This document shows, in pieces, positions 43,111 to 53,041 of a stretch of 64,000 nucleotides of DNA (position 1 is its first letter; each line of letters begins with the position of its first letter). The translations under genes were made by a program, and so were the position numbers. Under the pieces are notes generated by a model. The model was not told where the DNA came from and searched no databases. It was given only the letters and a program-made list of their open reading frames with translations. This DNA comes from Acidobacteriota bacterium. Its GTDB lineage: Bacteria > Acidobacteriota > UBA6911. The DNA lies in the NCBI GenBank assembly GCA_963664705.1, contig OY761556.1, positions 2,880,001-2,944,000 on the forward strand, in the 5' to 3' direction.

Positions 43111-44256
43111 ATGAAGGAAATCCTTAATATCAGCCTTATGCTTCTTTTCTATGCAGGCGGTCAGCCGTATACCGTCAGTGATTATATTATTTCGACAATC
43201 GCTGGAGGCATGAAATCTGTTGGAGACGAACGGGAAGGCGGACCCGCCGAGCAGGCATATTTTGGTTCAATGTTGGGTCTTACGGTAGCTCCTAATGGCG
43301 CGATCTACGTTGCAGATCCAGGAAGGCACAGAATTTGCAAAATCACCCCTGATGGGAAGATGTTTAAGGTTGCGGGTAGAGGCAGCCTCCCGGAACCATG
43401 CTGTATCGAGACATCAGCACGGAAGGGATATCAATTCAGGGTCGAGGGGAAAGCCGCCTTTATTGACGGTGAACCGGCGTCTACCGTTGATCTGGATTTT
43501 CCAATCGGGGTAGCGATCGATATGGATGGTAACACTTACATATCGGATGCATCCAATAACCGCATAAATAAGGTGGATAAAGCAGGACTCATTTACACGA
43601 TAGCCGGTGATGGACTCCCAGGTTATAGCGGAGACGGCGGCCCCGCTAAGCAGGCGCGCCTCCATTATCCAACAGGCATAGCGGTGGACAATTTGGGGAA
43701 TTTATATATTGCCGATAGCGCCAATAATCGCATTCGAATGATCGACTCAAAGGGAATGATTCAGACCATAGCCGGAAATGGAAAATCAAAAGATAGCAAA
43801 AATGGAGATCTTGCAATAAAAGCCAGCCTCAAAAAACCATCCGGAGTTGCAGTTAACGCCAACAACATTGTCTACATTGCAGATAGCGTTGATGCTAGGA
43901 TCAAACGGATTAATCGAGATGGCCGTATTGAATTTGTTGCGGGTACAGGAAGACATGAATTTGTGGGGGACGAAATCCCTGCTATCCAATCGGGACTGTT
44001 TGCGCCCTCTGGCATTGCAATAGACGCGGCCGATAACCTGTACATTGCCGAAACGGGGCGCGTTCGGAAGATTGATCGAAATGGCATCATACACACAATT
44101 GCAGGTGGCGTAACAGCAGCAAGATCACGTCACGACGGCGTTCTTGGCATTCGATCCTACATATTTCCGGATGGGATTGCAGTTGATGCTGCGGGTAAGG
44201 TTTATATTGCGGATCAAGGCACAATCCGCCGCCTCACTGCTGATCACTCCCAATAA
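43111..44256 (+). CDS. NHL-repeat beta-propeller protein
   Basis: Repeated PxGxAxDxxGNxYIADxxNNRIR and TIAG.G..G.SGDGGPA. Confidence 0.9.
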   Translation: MKEILNISLMLLFYAGGQPYTVSDYIISTIAGGMKSVGDEREGGPAEQAYFGSMLGLTVAPNGAIYVADPGRHRICKITPDGKMFKVAGRGSLPEPCCIETSARKGYQFRVEGKAAFIDGEPASTVDLDFPIGVAIDMDGNTYISDASNNRINKVDKAGLIYTIAGDGLPGYSGDGGPAKQARLHYPTGIAVDNLGNLYIADSANNRIRMIDSKGMIQTIAGNGKSKDSKNGDLAIKASLKKPSGVAVNANNIVYIADSVDARIKRINRDGRIEFVAGTGRHEFVGDEIPAIQSGLFAPSGIAIDAADNLYIAETGRVRKIDRNGIIHTIAGGVTAARSRHDGVLGIRSYIFPDGIAVDAAGKVYIADQGTIRRLTADHSQ

Positions 44257-44277
44257 ACGGCATCCTGGGAGATTGCC
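44247..44277 (-). repeat. Class B site, containing the NHL gene stop codon
   Basis: - strand GGCAATCTCCCAGG|ATGCCGT|TTATTGGGAG. Confidence 0.75.
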
Positions 44278-44307
44278 CCCTGGAAGGTTTCCGTCGGTCC
44301 TGATGCT

Positions 44308-44341
44308 CATTCGACGCTTCCCCGACCGAGACTGCGGGAAA
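44308..44341 (+). repeat. Class A site (degenerate)
   Basis: CATTCGACGCTTCCCCGA|CCGAGAC|TGCGGGAAA. Confidence 0.45.
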
Positions 44342-44592
44342 TTTTCGCTAGTGATTGTGTGCCCAAAATACTGTCCAAGATAGTGATGAGGCTTTTGATC
44401 CTTGATGCGAGTGGACGAATGTTCATTCCTCGCCTGACCAAGGGAGTCCTCCGTGAATTAGCCCTAGCAGTTCCCGAGTCTTCTTTTCGTTTTCGCTGCA
44501 GTCATGCAGCCAATAAAAGAGAACGTCAAATTGTCATTGCCAAGTGTCTGGCAACGACTGAATTGGTGTCTGTCCTCGATTTTCCCGAATAT

Positions 44593-45918
44593 CTATTGCC
44601 GGATTTCGATCGCGAGATGGCTCCCGACGACGGAGATCCAGTCGTTATAACTAATTTTCGACACGGACCTGATGTGGCGGAAGTTGCACTTGAGCCTTCC
44701 CAATTCAGTGCCGGAATGGTCCTTCATATCAAAAACGAGATATGCGGCGGGATACTCGGCCGTCTTGTCGACAGCATCCAGGTAATACATAACATCCGTG
44801 TCATCCTTGCTCACCAGAAGGCGCTCTGCCAGATTGGCATCCCCCGGACGCCACGAGCAATAGTCCGCCCCTTCCCGCAGCTTGGCTGCCGTGCTGCTCG
44901 ACATTTTCTGATCTGACAGGATCTGGGGAAAACCGATCTTGCCCATCCACGTTTGAGGATTGAAGCTGATTCTAAACTCGTCTTTCCTCACATTGACAAT
45001 CATTGACTGGGCATCCGGTGTCAGCCAGCCGCCTGCAGGCTTCCCCGTCTCGCCATCTGCCAAAGGACCGCGTACAGGTGCGATGACAGATGGTGTGGGT
45101 CCCGGGGAATTGTCGGTCGGAGGCAGCCCCTCATCGCCAAATGACAGATTTACGCTCGTTTGAGCTTCCATCCCATCCGACAGAATGAAATAGGCGGATG
45201 CGCCGAAGCCGAGTTCCTGCCTGCTCAGGACTCCGCGGCGATCCACAATCGACGTCCGGCAAATCAGGAATTGATAGGTCACGTCGTTTGATCTTACAGC
45301 CTTGCATTCCCAGCGATTCGCCACTTCCGGTGCATATTTGTCTTCCCGAGTTGGTGCCATGAGACTGTAAATACCTCCGGACTTTCGTCGACCCGTCAGG
45401 TACAAGTATGGAAGTTCGAAATCATATGTTTGTTTCCTCGAGTCAAAGAAGGCACTTACCGGCGCATTATTATTAACGTCTACCTGACTCAGGGGGATTA
45501 GTCCATCGTGGTAGGCATCCATGCTCGATCCTACGGGAAACTGAGTCGTCACTTGTATCGATCCTCGATCGCCTTTGCAGGACCCCTTGAAGATATACAC
45601 GGACAGATCTGCCTTCGTTTCTTCAAGGCTGTTGCGGCACCAAGCGCCCAGGGTGCGATCTTCATTGAAGAAAGCAACCGTTCTCCACTGTCCTTTGCTG
45701 GCCACGAGATCGGGGCAACGGATCGGTTTAGCCATTTCAAATACGCGCCGAAGATCCTCCTCGCGGAATATGCCGAAGATCTTGTGCAGCTGCTCAAAGA
45801 ATTTTGAGCTAAAGGCGCTTTCATCCGGCTGCGGCAGCTGAAGCTGGCTCTGCGCAAATAGAACCTGGCTTCCGGACATGACAAAGGTAAGTAAAGCTAT
45901 TGCGGTTATTTTCCTAAT
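44593..45918 (-). CDS. Secreted hypothetical protein, probable ATT start
   Basis: 428-aa ORF extended in frame by 13 codons to an ATT after GGAGGA, which completes a signal peptide. Confidence 0.7.
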   Translation of the reverse strand: MRKITAIALLTFVMSGSQVLFAQSQLQLPQPDESAFSSKFFEQLHKIFGIFREEDLRRVFEMAKPIRCPDLVASKGQWRTVAFFNEDRTLGAWCRNSLEETKADLSVYIFKGSCKGDRGSIQVTTQFPVGSSMDAYHDGLIPLSQVDVNNNAPVSAFFDSRKQTYDFELPYLYLTGRRKSGGIYSLMAPTREDKYAPEVANRWECKAVRSNDVTYQFLICRTSIVDRRGVLSRQELGFGASAYFILSDGMEAQTSVNLSFGDEGLPPTDNSPGPTPSVIAPVRGPLADGETGKPAGGWLTPDAQSMIVNVRKDEFRISFNPQTWMGKIGFPQILSDQKMSSSTAAKLREGADYCSWRPGDANLAERLLVSKDDTDVMYYLDAVDKTAEYPAAYLVFDMKDHSGTELGRLKCNFRHIRSVSKISYNDWISVVGSHLAIEIRQ

Positions 45919-46291
45919 GGCGGTCCTCCACTACTTTTCCGGTTCAACCAGATCCTTTGCCGAGATCGATCGGACCGACAATGCTATCACCCTTTGACGA
46001 GTGCAGAAAGACCTTCCGCCCGGGGATGCTATTTGTCGAGGGGGATGCTCGAGTAAGATCGCGCTCCGGAAAGGAGCGGAACTAAAATCTTCGATAGGCG
46101 CGTTAACCGTCCGCTGACAAACCGATTCCAGTCATTGCAGCCTATCCAGCACACGCGCGGATCTCATTAATCCAATGGCTCATATCGTAACTCACACCGG
46201 CGGACTGCATGTCCATAGGAAATCGACTTTGGATGATTTAACTATCGCAAATTGCTAGAATGCTGCGCAAGAGCACTTCGGAGGATCAAAT

Positions 46292-46765
46292 ATGAAAACG
46301 GCATTAATCGCAGCATTTTTCATATGGCTATCTTGTTCTGCCTACGCGGCCGATCCAATAATCGGAGCGAGGAAGCTTGATACCGCCAAATCTCGCTTAT
46401 CCAATTCTCCAACTACTCCCAAGGAGCTTACGGATACATACGTTGAAACGGCTCAGGGCACAATCGAATTGGAGCGAAATGGAATTCAAAATGATGGAGC
46501 TGCAATTTCTTCAAAATGGTCCTGGCCAAAGCAGGGAGGCGTCGCCCAGCGCATCCTGCCGGAACCACTTCCCAAGGATATGTCGTATGTTGCAGTATTG
46601 GTGGCGCCCGGCAAATGGTATGTGTCAATCATGAATGCTGGGAAGCAGAGATCATTTTATGGGAAGGACATCAGTAAAAATGGCAAAAAGTTGCGCATCA
46701 CGCTCAAGGGCATGGATGAGAAAGGAAATCCATACGCTGAGCGATTTATCTTTAGACGGCAGTGA
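46292..46765 (+). CDS. Secreted hypothetical protein
   Basis: RBS GGAGG; signal peptide ending AYA. Confidence 0.75.
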   Translation: MKTALIAAFFIWLSCSAYAADPIIGARKLDTAKSRLSNSPTTPKELTDTYVETAQGTIELERNGIQNDGAAISSKWSWPKQGGVAQRILPEPLPKDMSYVAVLVAPGKWYVSIMNAGKQRSFYGKDISKNGKKLRITLKGMDEKGNPYAERFIFRRQ

Positions 46766-46865
46766 GGTCGGTGCCGGTCCCATTTAACTACGCGGAGCGG
46801 CGCAGGCTTTGCGTTATGGCGTTATCTCCGCGAACGCGACATAACCGGCCAATCTCTGCCCGTTT

Positions 46866-48002
46866 TTAGGCTCTGCGGAGTTTGCCCGCCTCTATGATTA
46901 TTTTGGTAAGGCGATTGGAGAGCCGGTTGAGGCATTTGCGTTCAGCACTAATCGGCAGCCCTCGCCGAAACATCTCCATTGCACGTTGAGTTGCGTGCAA
47001 TGAATCGATTACCCCATCTAAACCAGTTCGAATCGGATCCGACGTTCTCGGCTGAGGGACTAAATGTCGAGGTTTTGAATGAGCCAGTTGAAACTCTCTC
47101 TGAAGATCCTTCAAGGCCACTTCGATATAGAGCATTGTCATATTCGGAGAAGTGTGGCCGAGTAATTTCATCAGCACAGGAAAACTGACGCCGGAGCGAA
47201 GCATCTCCGTGGCATAGGTATGGCGAAACTGGTGTGGAACGATGCGAGTGGAGATTTCGAGAGAATAACAAACTTCATGCAGATAATCGCGAAGGCCACG
47301 AACGAGCGCGTACTTGGTGCTGGGCCGCGCCAGAAGTCGACCATCAGGAGGACACGGATCTAGGAAACGAAAGAATCGCAAGCGTTGGATAATCGCGACT
47401 ATCGACGAATCCACCGGGACCATCCGTTCCGTTTTGAGTTTGCCAAGTGGTACGTGAATGGCCCACTGGCGGAGACCAGTCGAGCGGAGGCAATCGACGG
47501 GCAAATCGGCGCACTCGCCAATACGCATGCCGGTATGGCGGAGGAGCAGAAAGACATTCGATCCTAGATCGTTGCGCTTGACGAACTCCTTCTGCAGAAG
47601 CTGATCCTGTTCGGCGGTGAGCGGACGTGCAAGTCTATGCGGGCGGCGCGGAATATCTTCACGACGAATCAGGTGGGCAACTTGAGGAAGCTGTTTGGTC
47701 CACGCCAGTTCTATGAACAGAGGGCGCAAAGCAATGAGCTTACCAATATAGGTAGATGTGGCGAGCGGAGGCGTCTGGGCGCGCAAGTGGGACATCCAGC
47801 CGAGGAGGTGTGGCTCCCGCCGCAGTTGATCTAGGGCGTTTACCTCCGGGTAGTTGGTGCCGAGATAACTAAGGAAGTTACGTACGGTCCCGCGATATTG
47901 GACATGGCTTGCAGAGCCGAGTGCAGTGCAGAGCGAATCGACCGCGCGATCAAAGAGATCCACCAGTGGATGTGAGAGGGGAGGACGCCAGGAGCGTTTC
48001 AT
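46866..48002 (-). CDS. Tyrosine recombinase 2
   Basis: TGMRIGE, KLKTER, HQFRHTYAT, LLGH...MTMLY; ATGA overlap with the upstream recombinase. Confidence 0.95.
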   Translation of the reverse strand: MKRSWRPPLSHPLVDLFDRAVDSLCTALGSASHVQYRGTVRNFLSYLGTNYPEVNALDQLRREPHLLGWMSHLRAQTPPLATSTYIGKLIALRPLFIELAWTKQLPQVAHLIRREDIPRRPHRLARPLTAEQDQLLQKEFVKRNDLGSNVFLLLRHTGMRIGECADLPVDCLRSTGLRQWAIHVPLGKLKTERMVPVDSSIVAIIQRLRFFRFLDPCPPDGRLLARPSTKYALVRGLRDYLHEVCYSLEISTRIVPHQFRHTYATEMLRSGVSFPVLMKLLGHTSPNMTMLYIEVALKDLQREFQLAHSKPRHLVPQPRTSDPIRTGLDGVIDSLHATQRAMEMFRRGLPISAERKCLNRLSNRLTKIIIEAGKLRRA

Positions 48003-49045
48003 GAAGGAAGCCTCGGAAGGGGGCGGACTTGCAGCGCTACTGCGCGCGTATACTGCTGGTAAACGTCTTGTGGTGTGATCTGCACATAATGCAGGGTCGT
48101 CTGGATATCGGAATGCCCCATCAACTGCATAAGTGCCGGCAGGCTGATTCCGGCGCGTATCATATCGGAAGCGAATGTGTGCCGGAAGCGATGTGGGTGA
48201 GCAAGCGGAATGCCAGTGTGCTTGCGATGGTAACGGAACAATGACCGCAGTCCGGCCAGAGTCATACGGAACCCGCGGGCCGGTCCCTTGAGCGAGACGA
48301 AAAGCGCAGCGGTGGCAACCTGGGGTCGTTCCCTCCGCCGATAGTGGTCGAGGAGTTGCACTGTCTCCGGCGCCAGTGGCAGTAAGCGTATTTTGTTACC
48401 CTTGCCGCGTACGCGCAGCTGCGCTTCGGAGAGCAACAAGTCGTCCTCATTCAGCCCCAACACTTCGGCCGAGCGAAGCCCTTGAAGAAGCATTACTCCT
48501 ACGAGAGCCAAATCGCGAGCCGTACGGAAACTGGACCAAAAACGCGCCACCTCGTCCACCGAAAGCGGAACAAGTTGGCGTTTGGGCACTTTCACTCGCA
48601 GCCGGCTTATGGCTAGGCGCCGACGGCCTAGGCCCAGCGGTCCACGCCGCAAATAAACATGTTGGAAGCCCTGTGCCATGGACGATGGGGAGTCGGGGAA
48701 CTGGTTGCGAAGAGCACGATCGGCAACGCCAACACGGTGATTGATTGTGTAACTGGAAATCGGGGGTTGGTGGTTACACTGGAACTTCAGATAATCCTGG
48801 AGAGTCGATTCGGTCAGGTCGGCTGTGCAAACCTCAGCGGTGTGATGAAGACTCTCCCACCAGCGAACAAAATGTAGCAGGTAGTAAGCCCATGCTCGCA
48901 GAGTAGTATCCGCCAACCGACGGACATACTCGTGATCAAGGTAGCGATTGATCCAGCCAACCTCCTGACCGGTTTCTTGCTCGACCACACGAACCGGGCT
49001 TTGTGCTGTGTTGCGAATCTGCGGGCGAATCACACAAAATTTCAT
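47999..49045 (-). CDS. Tyrosine recombinase 1
   Basis: GLRSAE, GKGNK, HRFRHTFAS, MGHSDIQTTLHY; probable start MKFCVIR. Confidence 0.95.
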   Translation of the reverse strand: MKFCVIRPQIRNTAQSPVRVVEQETGQEVGWINRYLDHEYVRRLADTTLRAWAYYLLHFVRWWESLHHTAEVCTADLTESTLQDYLKFQCNHQPPISSYTINHRVGVADRALRNQFPDSPSSMAQGFQHVYLRRGPLGLGRRRLAISRLRVKVPKRQLVPLSVDEVARFWSSFRTARDLALVGVMLLQGLRSAEVLGLNEDDLLLSEAQLRVRGKGNKIRLLPLAPETVQLLDHYRRRERPQVATAALFVSLKGPARGFRMTLAGLRSLFRYHRKHTGIPLAHPHRFRHTFASDMIRAGISLPALMQLMGHSDIQTTLHYVQITPQDVYQQYTRAVALQVRPLPRLPS

Positions 49046-49082
49046 AGCTGAGCCAAGCTCCAGAAAAGAATGTGTATCAGAG

Positions 49083-49400
49083 TCAGGCAGCAGGAAGTTC
49101 AAGTACCTGGTAGACTCCATCTTTGAATGCGATCAGATCTCGCGTCAGGAGTTCATCACGGGCGCCGGTAAGTTCGTGGCGGTGATGAATCTCGAGGAGT
49201 TCCGCCATACGTTCGTCGGAATAAAAACTCACACCATCCCGATTAGCAACAGCGACCAAGATTAAGTAGAGAAGCTTTTCCAATCGGGTTAGTCCCTGAT
49301 CGAAACCCTGCCGAAAAAAACGATGGTCAATCCAACTGAAAGAACCGCGGATGGTGCGGATTCGATCCGGCTGTAGTGGTTGAGGTCGTTTGTTCATCAT
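49083..49400 (-). CDS. Small element-encoded protein, possible winged-helix DNA-binding protein
   Basis: 105 aa, FSWIDHRF...LLYLILVAVA.RDGVSFYSD....LL...YQVL.LP; co-oriented upstream of the recombinases. Confidence 0.7.
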   Translation of the reverse strand: MMNKRPQPLQPDRIRTIRGSFSWIDHRFFRQGFDQGLTRLEKLLYLILVAVANRDGVSFYSDERMAELLEIHHRHELTGARDELLTRDLIAFKDGVYQVLELPAA

Positions 49401-49479
49401 GCTTTCCCCATTTTGTACATGCCGAAATTAACGAAGCTATATGGAATGAATCAATATGTCGGGACTAAATCTAAAAAGC

Positions 49480-49983
49480 TCATGGGCGGCTGGGGCAACG
49501 ATCCGACCAACGTCTCTCTCGTTCCAGAACTCGTTCGAGAGCGCGGCGACATGCATAGGAACAGAAGCGTTGCAGGGGCGACCGCCGGCTGCGGTGGAAT
49601 TCTTGGTATCAACCAGGGCGATCGCAGGAACACGAAAATAAATTTCTTATAATGACCCTCGCGTCGCCGGCCGGGCCCTTGTTTTGTTGCGTGCGCTCCT
49701 TTTGCCGCACTCTGTATCTGTGGCTTTGAACGCGGCGAACCTGCTTTCCACCATCAGTTTTGCGGTACTTTTGCCGGGCTTTCCACTCTCTCCATTTTCC
49801 CGCCTCATTGCGGCAATGCTCGCTACAATAGCGTGCTCGGGGGTGTTCCGGCCGGAATATGCGACCGCAGCCTTTCAGCAAACACGCACGGGCGCGCGGC
49901 CATCTGGCTTTTCGCTTGGTATGGGGTCTTGTTCCTTTTGCTTGATTTTGAAGGAGAATTATCGGATGTTCACGAGGGCCCAT
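49480..49983 (-). CDS. Basic protein with two Cys4 zinc-finger-like motifs, interrupted by an in-frame TGA at 49609-49611
   Basis: CLLKGC..F......YCSEHCR, then CDRPG*YQEF......RFCSYACRR continuing in frame for 42 codons. Confidence 0.65.
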
Positions 49984-50348
49984 GGGAGTTGCCTCTCCCA
50001 GAAGCTCAAGCCTCGAGGGGGACCCATTCCCCTTCGGGGCGCACTGAGCACAATTGGATGCAATATCCTTAACCCTGCTCTTAGATTAGGATCGGAATTA
50101 AAACTGGCGGGATTACTCGTAAATCAAATTCAATTTTCCGAGCAGTCATAGTCCTTTGGGGTTGTAATTGCGGAGCACCCGAAAAAAGGCGGAGAAGAAT
50201 AAGGGAAAAGCTATTTATCTCACTTCATAATTTGAAGATTCACGGAAATTCTTTATAGACCATTTTTGATTATTGGCCGGTTATTTTGGACTTCGTGGGA
50301 GTAAGCCGAAAAAATCAAATACTTACACTTGATGGTACAATGATGTCG

Positions 50349-50876
50349 ATGCGGAAAAACTCTCTAATTGTATCCATAATCTGCTGGTTGTGCTTAGGCA
50401 TGAGTTCCAGCACTGCGTCGCCGAAGAACAAAAGATACTGTATTTCATCAGTAAACCAAGTTTCAGCAGCCCTGGCTGCAAGAGATTATCCAGCACTCGC
50501 AAAATTGTCTGCGCGAGTAATCGAGCAATGTGTTGAAACTCTTGATGGGGAGACTGTTGCTGGACTTTATGCCAATCTTGCCATCGCACACAATGAAATG
50601 GAAATGCCTCAACTTGCTCTCAAGGATTGTGAATTGTGCATTGATAAATTCAACGGGGATCCATTGTGCCATAGAGAGAAAGTAAGGGCTTTGATTGCGC
50701 TGCATCGCGAGAAAGAAGCTTTATCGCATTGCACAATTGCTGAAAAAATGACATCAGATCTTATGGAGCAATATAAGAAAAAACTTGATAGCGGCCAAAA
50801 CGAACTGACCAAGTCTCGTCTAAGTCTGGTTAATGCTGTGCGGATGTATTTGTTCCGAGTCTGTCCGCCAAAATAG
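50349..50876 (+). CDS. Secreted helical (TPR-like) hypothetical protein, cassette gene
   Basis: Signal-like N-terminus; TPR-like YANLAIAH..ALKD; lies between two class A sites. Confidence 0.6.
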   Translation: MRKNSLIVSIICWLCLGMSSSTASPKNKRYCISSVNQVSAALAARDYPALAKLSARVIEQCVETLDGETVAGLYANLAIAHNEMEMPQLALKDCELCIDKFNGDPLCHREKVRALIALHREKEALSHCTIAEKMTSDLMEQYKKKLDSGQNELTKSRLSLVNAVRMYLFRVCPPK

Positions 50877-50905
50877 CCAAGATTTATCTGACCATGATGC
50901 TAATT

Positions 50906-50944
50906 TACATTTTGGCGTCATCTCCCGCAATCGGACTTCTGGAC
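50906..50944 (+). repeat. Class A site
   Basis: TACATTTTGGCGTCATCTCCCGCA|ATCGGAC|TTCTGGAC; 23 bp identical to 55534-55556. Confidence 0.85.
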
Positions 50945-50995
50945 CGGAATACTTTGGGATTTCGCAAATGGCGGATCAGCATCGGTTCAGGTAGA

Positions 50996-51400
50996 ATGAT
51001 TTTGTTAGATTATTTACTCCCACCCATTGCTTATGTCAAAAAGAGCGCAGCAAAAGTCAAAGGGTCTATTGAAGACTTTATTGATCTGCAGGAACACCGA
51101 TTAGATCCCGGTTATTGGACAACTGAGGTCTATGGTAAAGGGCGTAGATTTCCCATCTCGAAGGATGTTTTGCGGCAGCACCTTTCCAGTTTCCAACGGG
51201 CGCTTATGATTTTCGTTTTACTCTGCCCCATCGTTATTGGTTTGTTTCTGAAATTCGGAAATCAGCTTCAGCATCTCTGGTTCTGGGGTTCGATATCGCT
51301 TGTCGGCTTGTTTCTCGGACTCTGGCTCTTTATGCACAGATCAATGATCCGTAACGGATGCATACCAACCGCAAGGGGCGACAAAATAGACCGCACATGA
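50996..51400 (+). CDS. Hypothetical two-TM protein, cassette gene
   Basis: ORF 50894..51400, restarted at the first ATG after the site. Confidence 0.5.
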   Translation: MILLDYLLPPIAYVKKSAAKVKGSIEDFIDLQEHRLDPGYWTTEVYGKGRRFPISKDVLRQHLSSFQRALMIFVLLCPIVIGLFLKFGNQLQHLWFWGSISLVGLFLGLWLFMHRSMIRNGCIPTARGDKIDRT

Positions 51401-51435
51401 CGGGTCCAGCTAAAAGATGTGATAACGGCCGGATG

Positions 51436-51468
51436 GGTTACTTCCTCGAATCCGACTTCAGGACAATT
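51436..51468 (+). repeat. Class A site
   Basis: GGTTACTTCCTCGA|ATCCGAC|TTCAGGACAATT. Confidence 0.8.
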
Positions 51469-51543
51469 GCACCGGGCCTTATAGATAATGACGCCGATTT
51501 GTGAAATCATATAAGTGATTCCCTGTATCGTGAGCAAACACTT

Positions 51544-52173
51544 ATGTCCAAGTGGAACACACCTTCCGGTCTTCTGGTACTGTGTTTGTTTGTGTGCTCG
51601 AATTGCCAGCATTCCACCAAAAACGAGGAACTCGGTGTCTACTCTAGCTACTCTGACAAATATCTGATGGAGGACCTCGTTTACCATCTTCCCTACGATA
51701 TTGTGGTCCTTAGCGATCACACAGTGGAGTTGCCTTGCTTCATCATAGAGGATTTCAGCCGATTGTCACCTCATCCCAACCCGAGCACAATATCAAACTT
51801 TTTGATTCGTAACGGAGCACAGCACTTGGCTCATCTGACTTCAAGTGATTGCAATGGTAGCATTCACGGCACCGCATATCCCATCAAGAATAAGATCGTC
51901 TCGCGAGCCAATTTGGTGTTCATTCCAGCATCTGCAATTAATGAAGAATACAACCGAATACCGTGGCCTGAGATTTGTAAGCGACACGGAATACCGAACC
52001 CGCAACTTAACCATGGTCCGGTCATCCTGTCACGTATCGGATTCAACGAGCAGCGCACGGAGGCACTATTATACGTGGAGGATCATGCTGCTGGCGTCGG
52101 CGCATTATTCTTATTCATGGCAACATCGACGGGGTGGACTGAAAGGGCATCGGTAGGGTGCTGGGTTTCATGA
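51544..52173 (+). CDS. Hypothetical secreted protein or lipoprotein, cassette gene
   Basis: Hydrophobic N-terminus with Cys; C-terminal LSRIGFN...EALLYV...W......WVS. Confidence 0.7.
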   Translation: MSKWNTPSGLLVLCLFVCSNCQHSTKNEELGVYSSYSDKYLMEDLVYHLPYDIVVLSDHTVELPCFIIEDFSRLSPHPNPSTISNFLIRNGAQHLAHLTSSDCNGSIHGTAYPIKNKIVSRANLVFIPASAINEEYNRIPWPEICKRHGIPNPQLNHGPVILSRIGFNEQRTEALLYVEDHAAGVGALFLFMATSTGWTERASVGCWVS

Positions 52174-52257
52174 ATTTCCCAATAAACAAAACAGAAAACA
52201 GGATCTGCTACCAAAGTGACTCCTCATACTTTCGAGGAGATCTGACGTGTGCGTACC

Positions 52258-52285
52258 GATTTCCCACAATCGGACTTATGGGGAC
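52258..52285 (+). repeat. Class A site
   Basis: GATTTCCCACA|ATCGGAC|TTATGGGGAC. Confidence 0.8.
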
Positions 52286-52395
52286 CGTTATCCGGCGGAT
52301 GTGATAACATCGCCATCCTAACCGATGCGGATGTCGCCGCGTTGCAGAAGAAAGGCACATAAATCAGTACTGTCACTTACCCGACCGAGGCGCTC

Positions 52396-52911
52396 ATGCG
52401 GAATATATGCTATATCCTAATCGTCTTTGTGTTCTGCTTATTGCCTGTCCATTTCATACTGGCTCAAGAAAACACTATGGCTGTAAACAATAATATTTAC
52501 GCCGTTTCCTTGAAGGTTGGGATAGAAGAGATGAAAAAGCAATGGGACCAAATCGATGATAGTATGGGTGGCGAACGCGTAAGAACTGATTACAAAGATG
52601 TCATAGTACAACAGGATACTTTTATTACCGGTCACCTCCCATCGATGCTCGGAGACAGCCGAATTCAGTATTTAGATCACGATCAGTTGATTGCAAGATT
52701 CAAGAAACTGAAAAAATGTTTTTCGAGTTTGGTGATTCAGCCAGCCGAAATTGACAACGATCGGATTAAGGTTACTGTTACCGTTTATTGGATCAGCTAC
52801 AAAAAGCGAATGCTGCAATGTGCTCTTTCAGATTGGAGCACTGCCTATTTTCGTTTCGATTGTAATGAACGCAAGTATGTTTTCGACAAGGTTGAATTGG
52901 GCGGTATCTGA
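52396..52911 (+). CDS. Secreted hypothetical protein, cassette gene
   Basis: RBS GAGG; signal peptide; stop 4 nt before the next site. Confidence 0.7.
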   Translation: MRNICYILIVFVFCLLPVHFILAQENTMAVNNNIYAVSLKVGIEEMKKQWDQIDDSMGGERVRTDYKDVIVQQDTFITGHLPSMLGDSRIQYLDHDQLIARFKKLKKCFSSLVIQPAEIDNDRIKVTVTVYWISYKKRMLQCALSDWSTAYFRFDCNERKYVFDKVELGGI

Positions 52912-52914
52912 ATC

Positions 52915-52946
52915 GGATTCTTTCCCATAACGCGACTTCTCAGGAG
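52915..52946 (+). repeat. Class A site
   Basis: GGATTCTTTCCCATA|ACGCGAC|TTCTCAGGAG. Confidence 0.7.
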
Positions 52947-53041
52947 CCAGCGAGAAAATTGTGGATTTCCAGAACTCTTTGCGACCACCAAAGCATTTAT
53001 TTGATAGGTGACTGTGGCTTCTATTGTCGATACGGATTTGC

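Larger units (their letters stand above)
46841..50284 (-). mobile_element. Dual tyrosine-recombinase element with 13-bp terminal inverted repeats, inserted in a class A site
   Basis: ATAACCGGCCAAT (46841-46853) and ATTGGCCGGTTAT (50272-50284); flanked by 7-bp cores ACGCGAC and TTTGGAC and by the two halves of a class A site. Confidence 0.85.

Noticed and set aside
44359-44916. 185-aa + strand ORF
   Set aside because: Largely antisense to 44593..45918, with no motifs
46866-49400. Canonical RIT element or prophage integrase
   Set aside because: Only two recombinases rather than three, and no phage genes nearby
50894-50995. 5' extension of ORF 50894..51400
   Set aside because: It runs through a class A site, so the downstream ATG 50996 is more plausible
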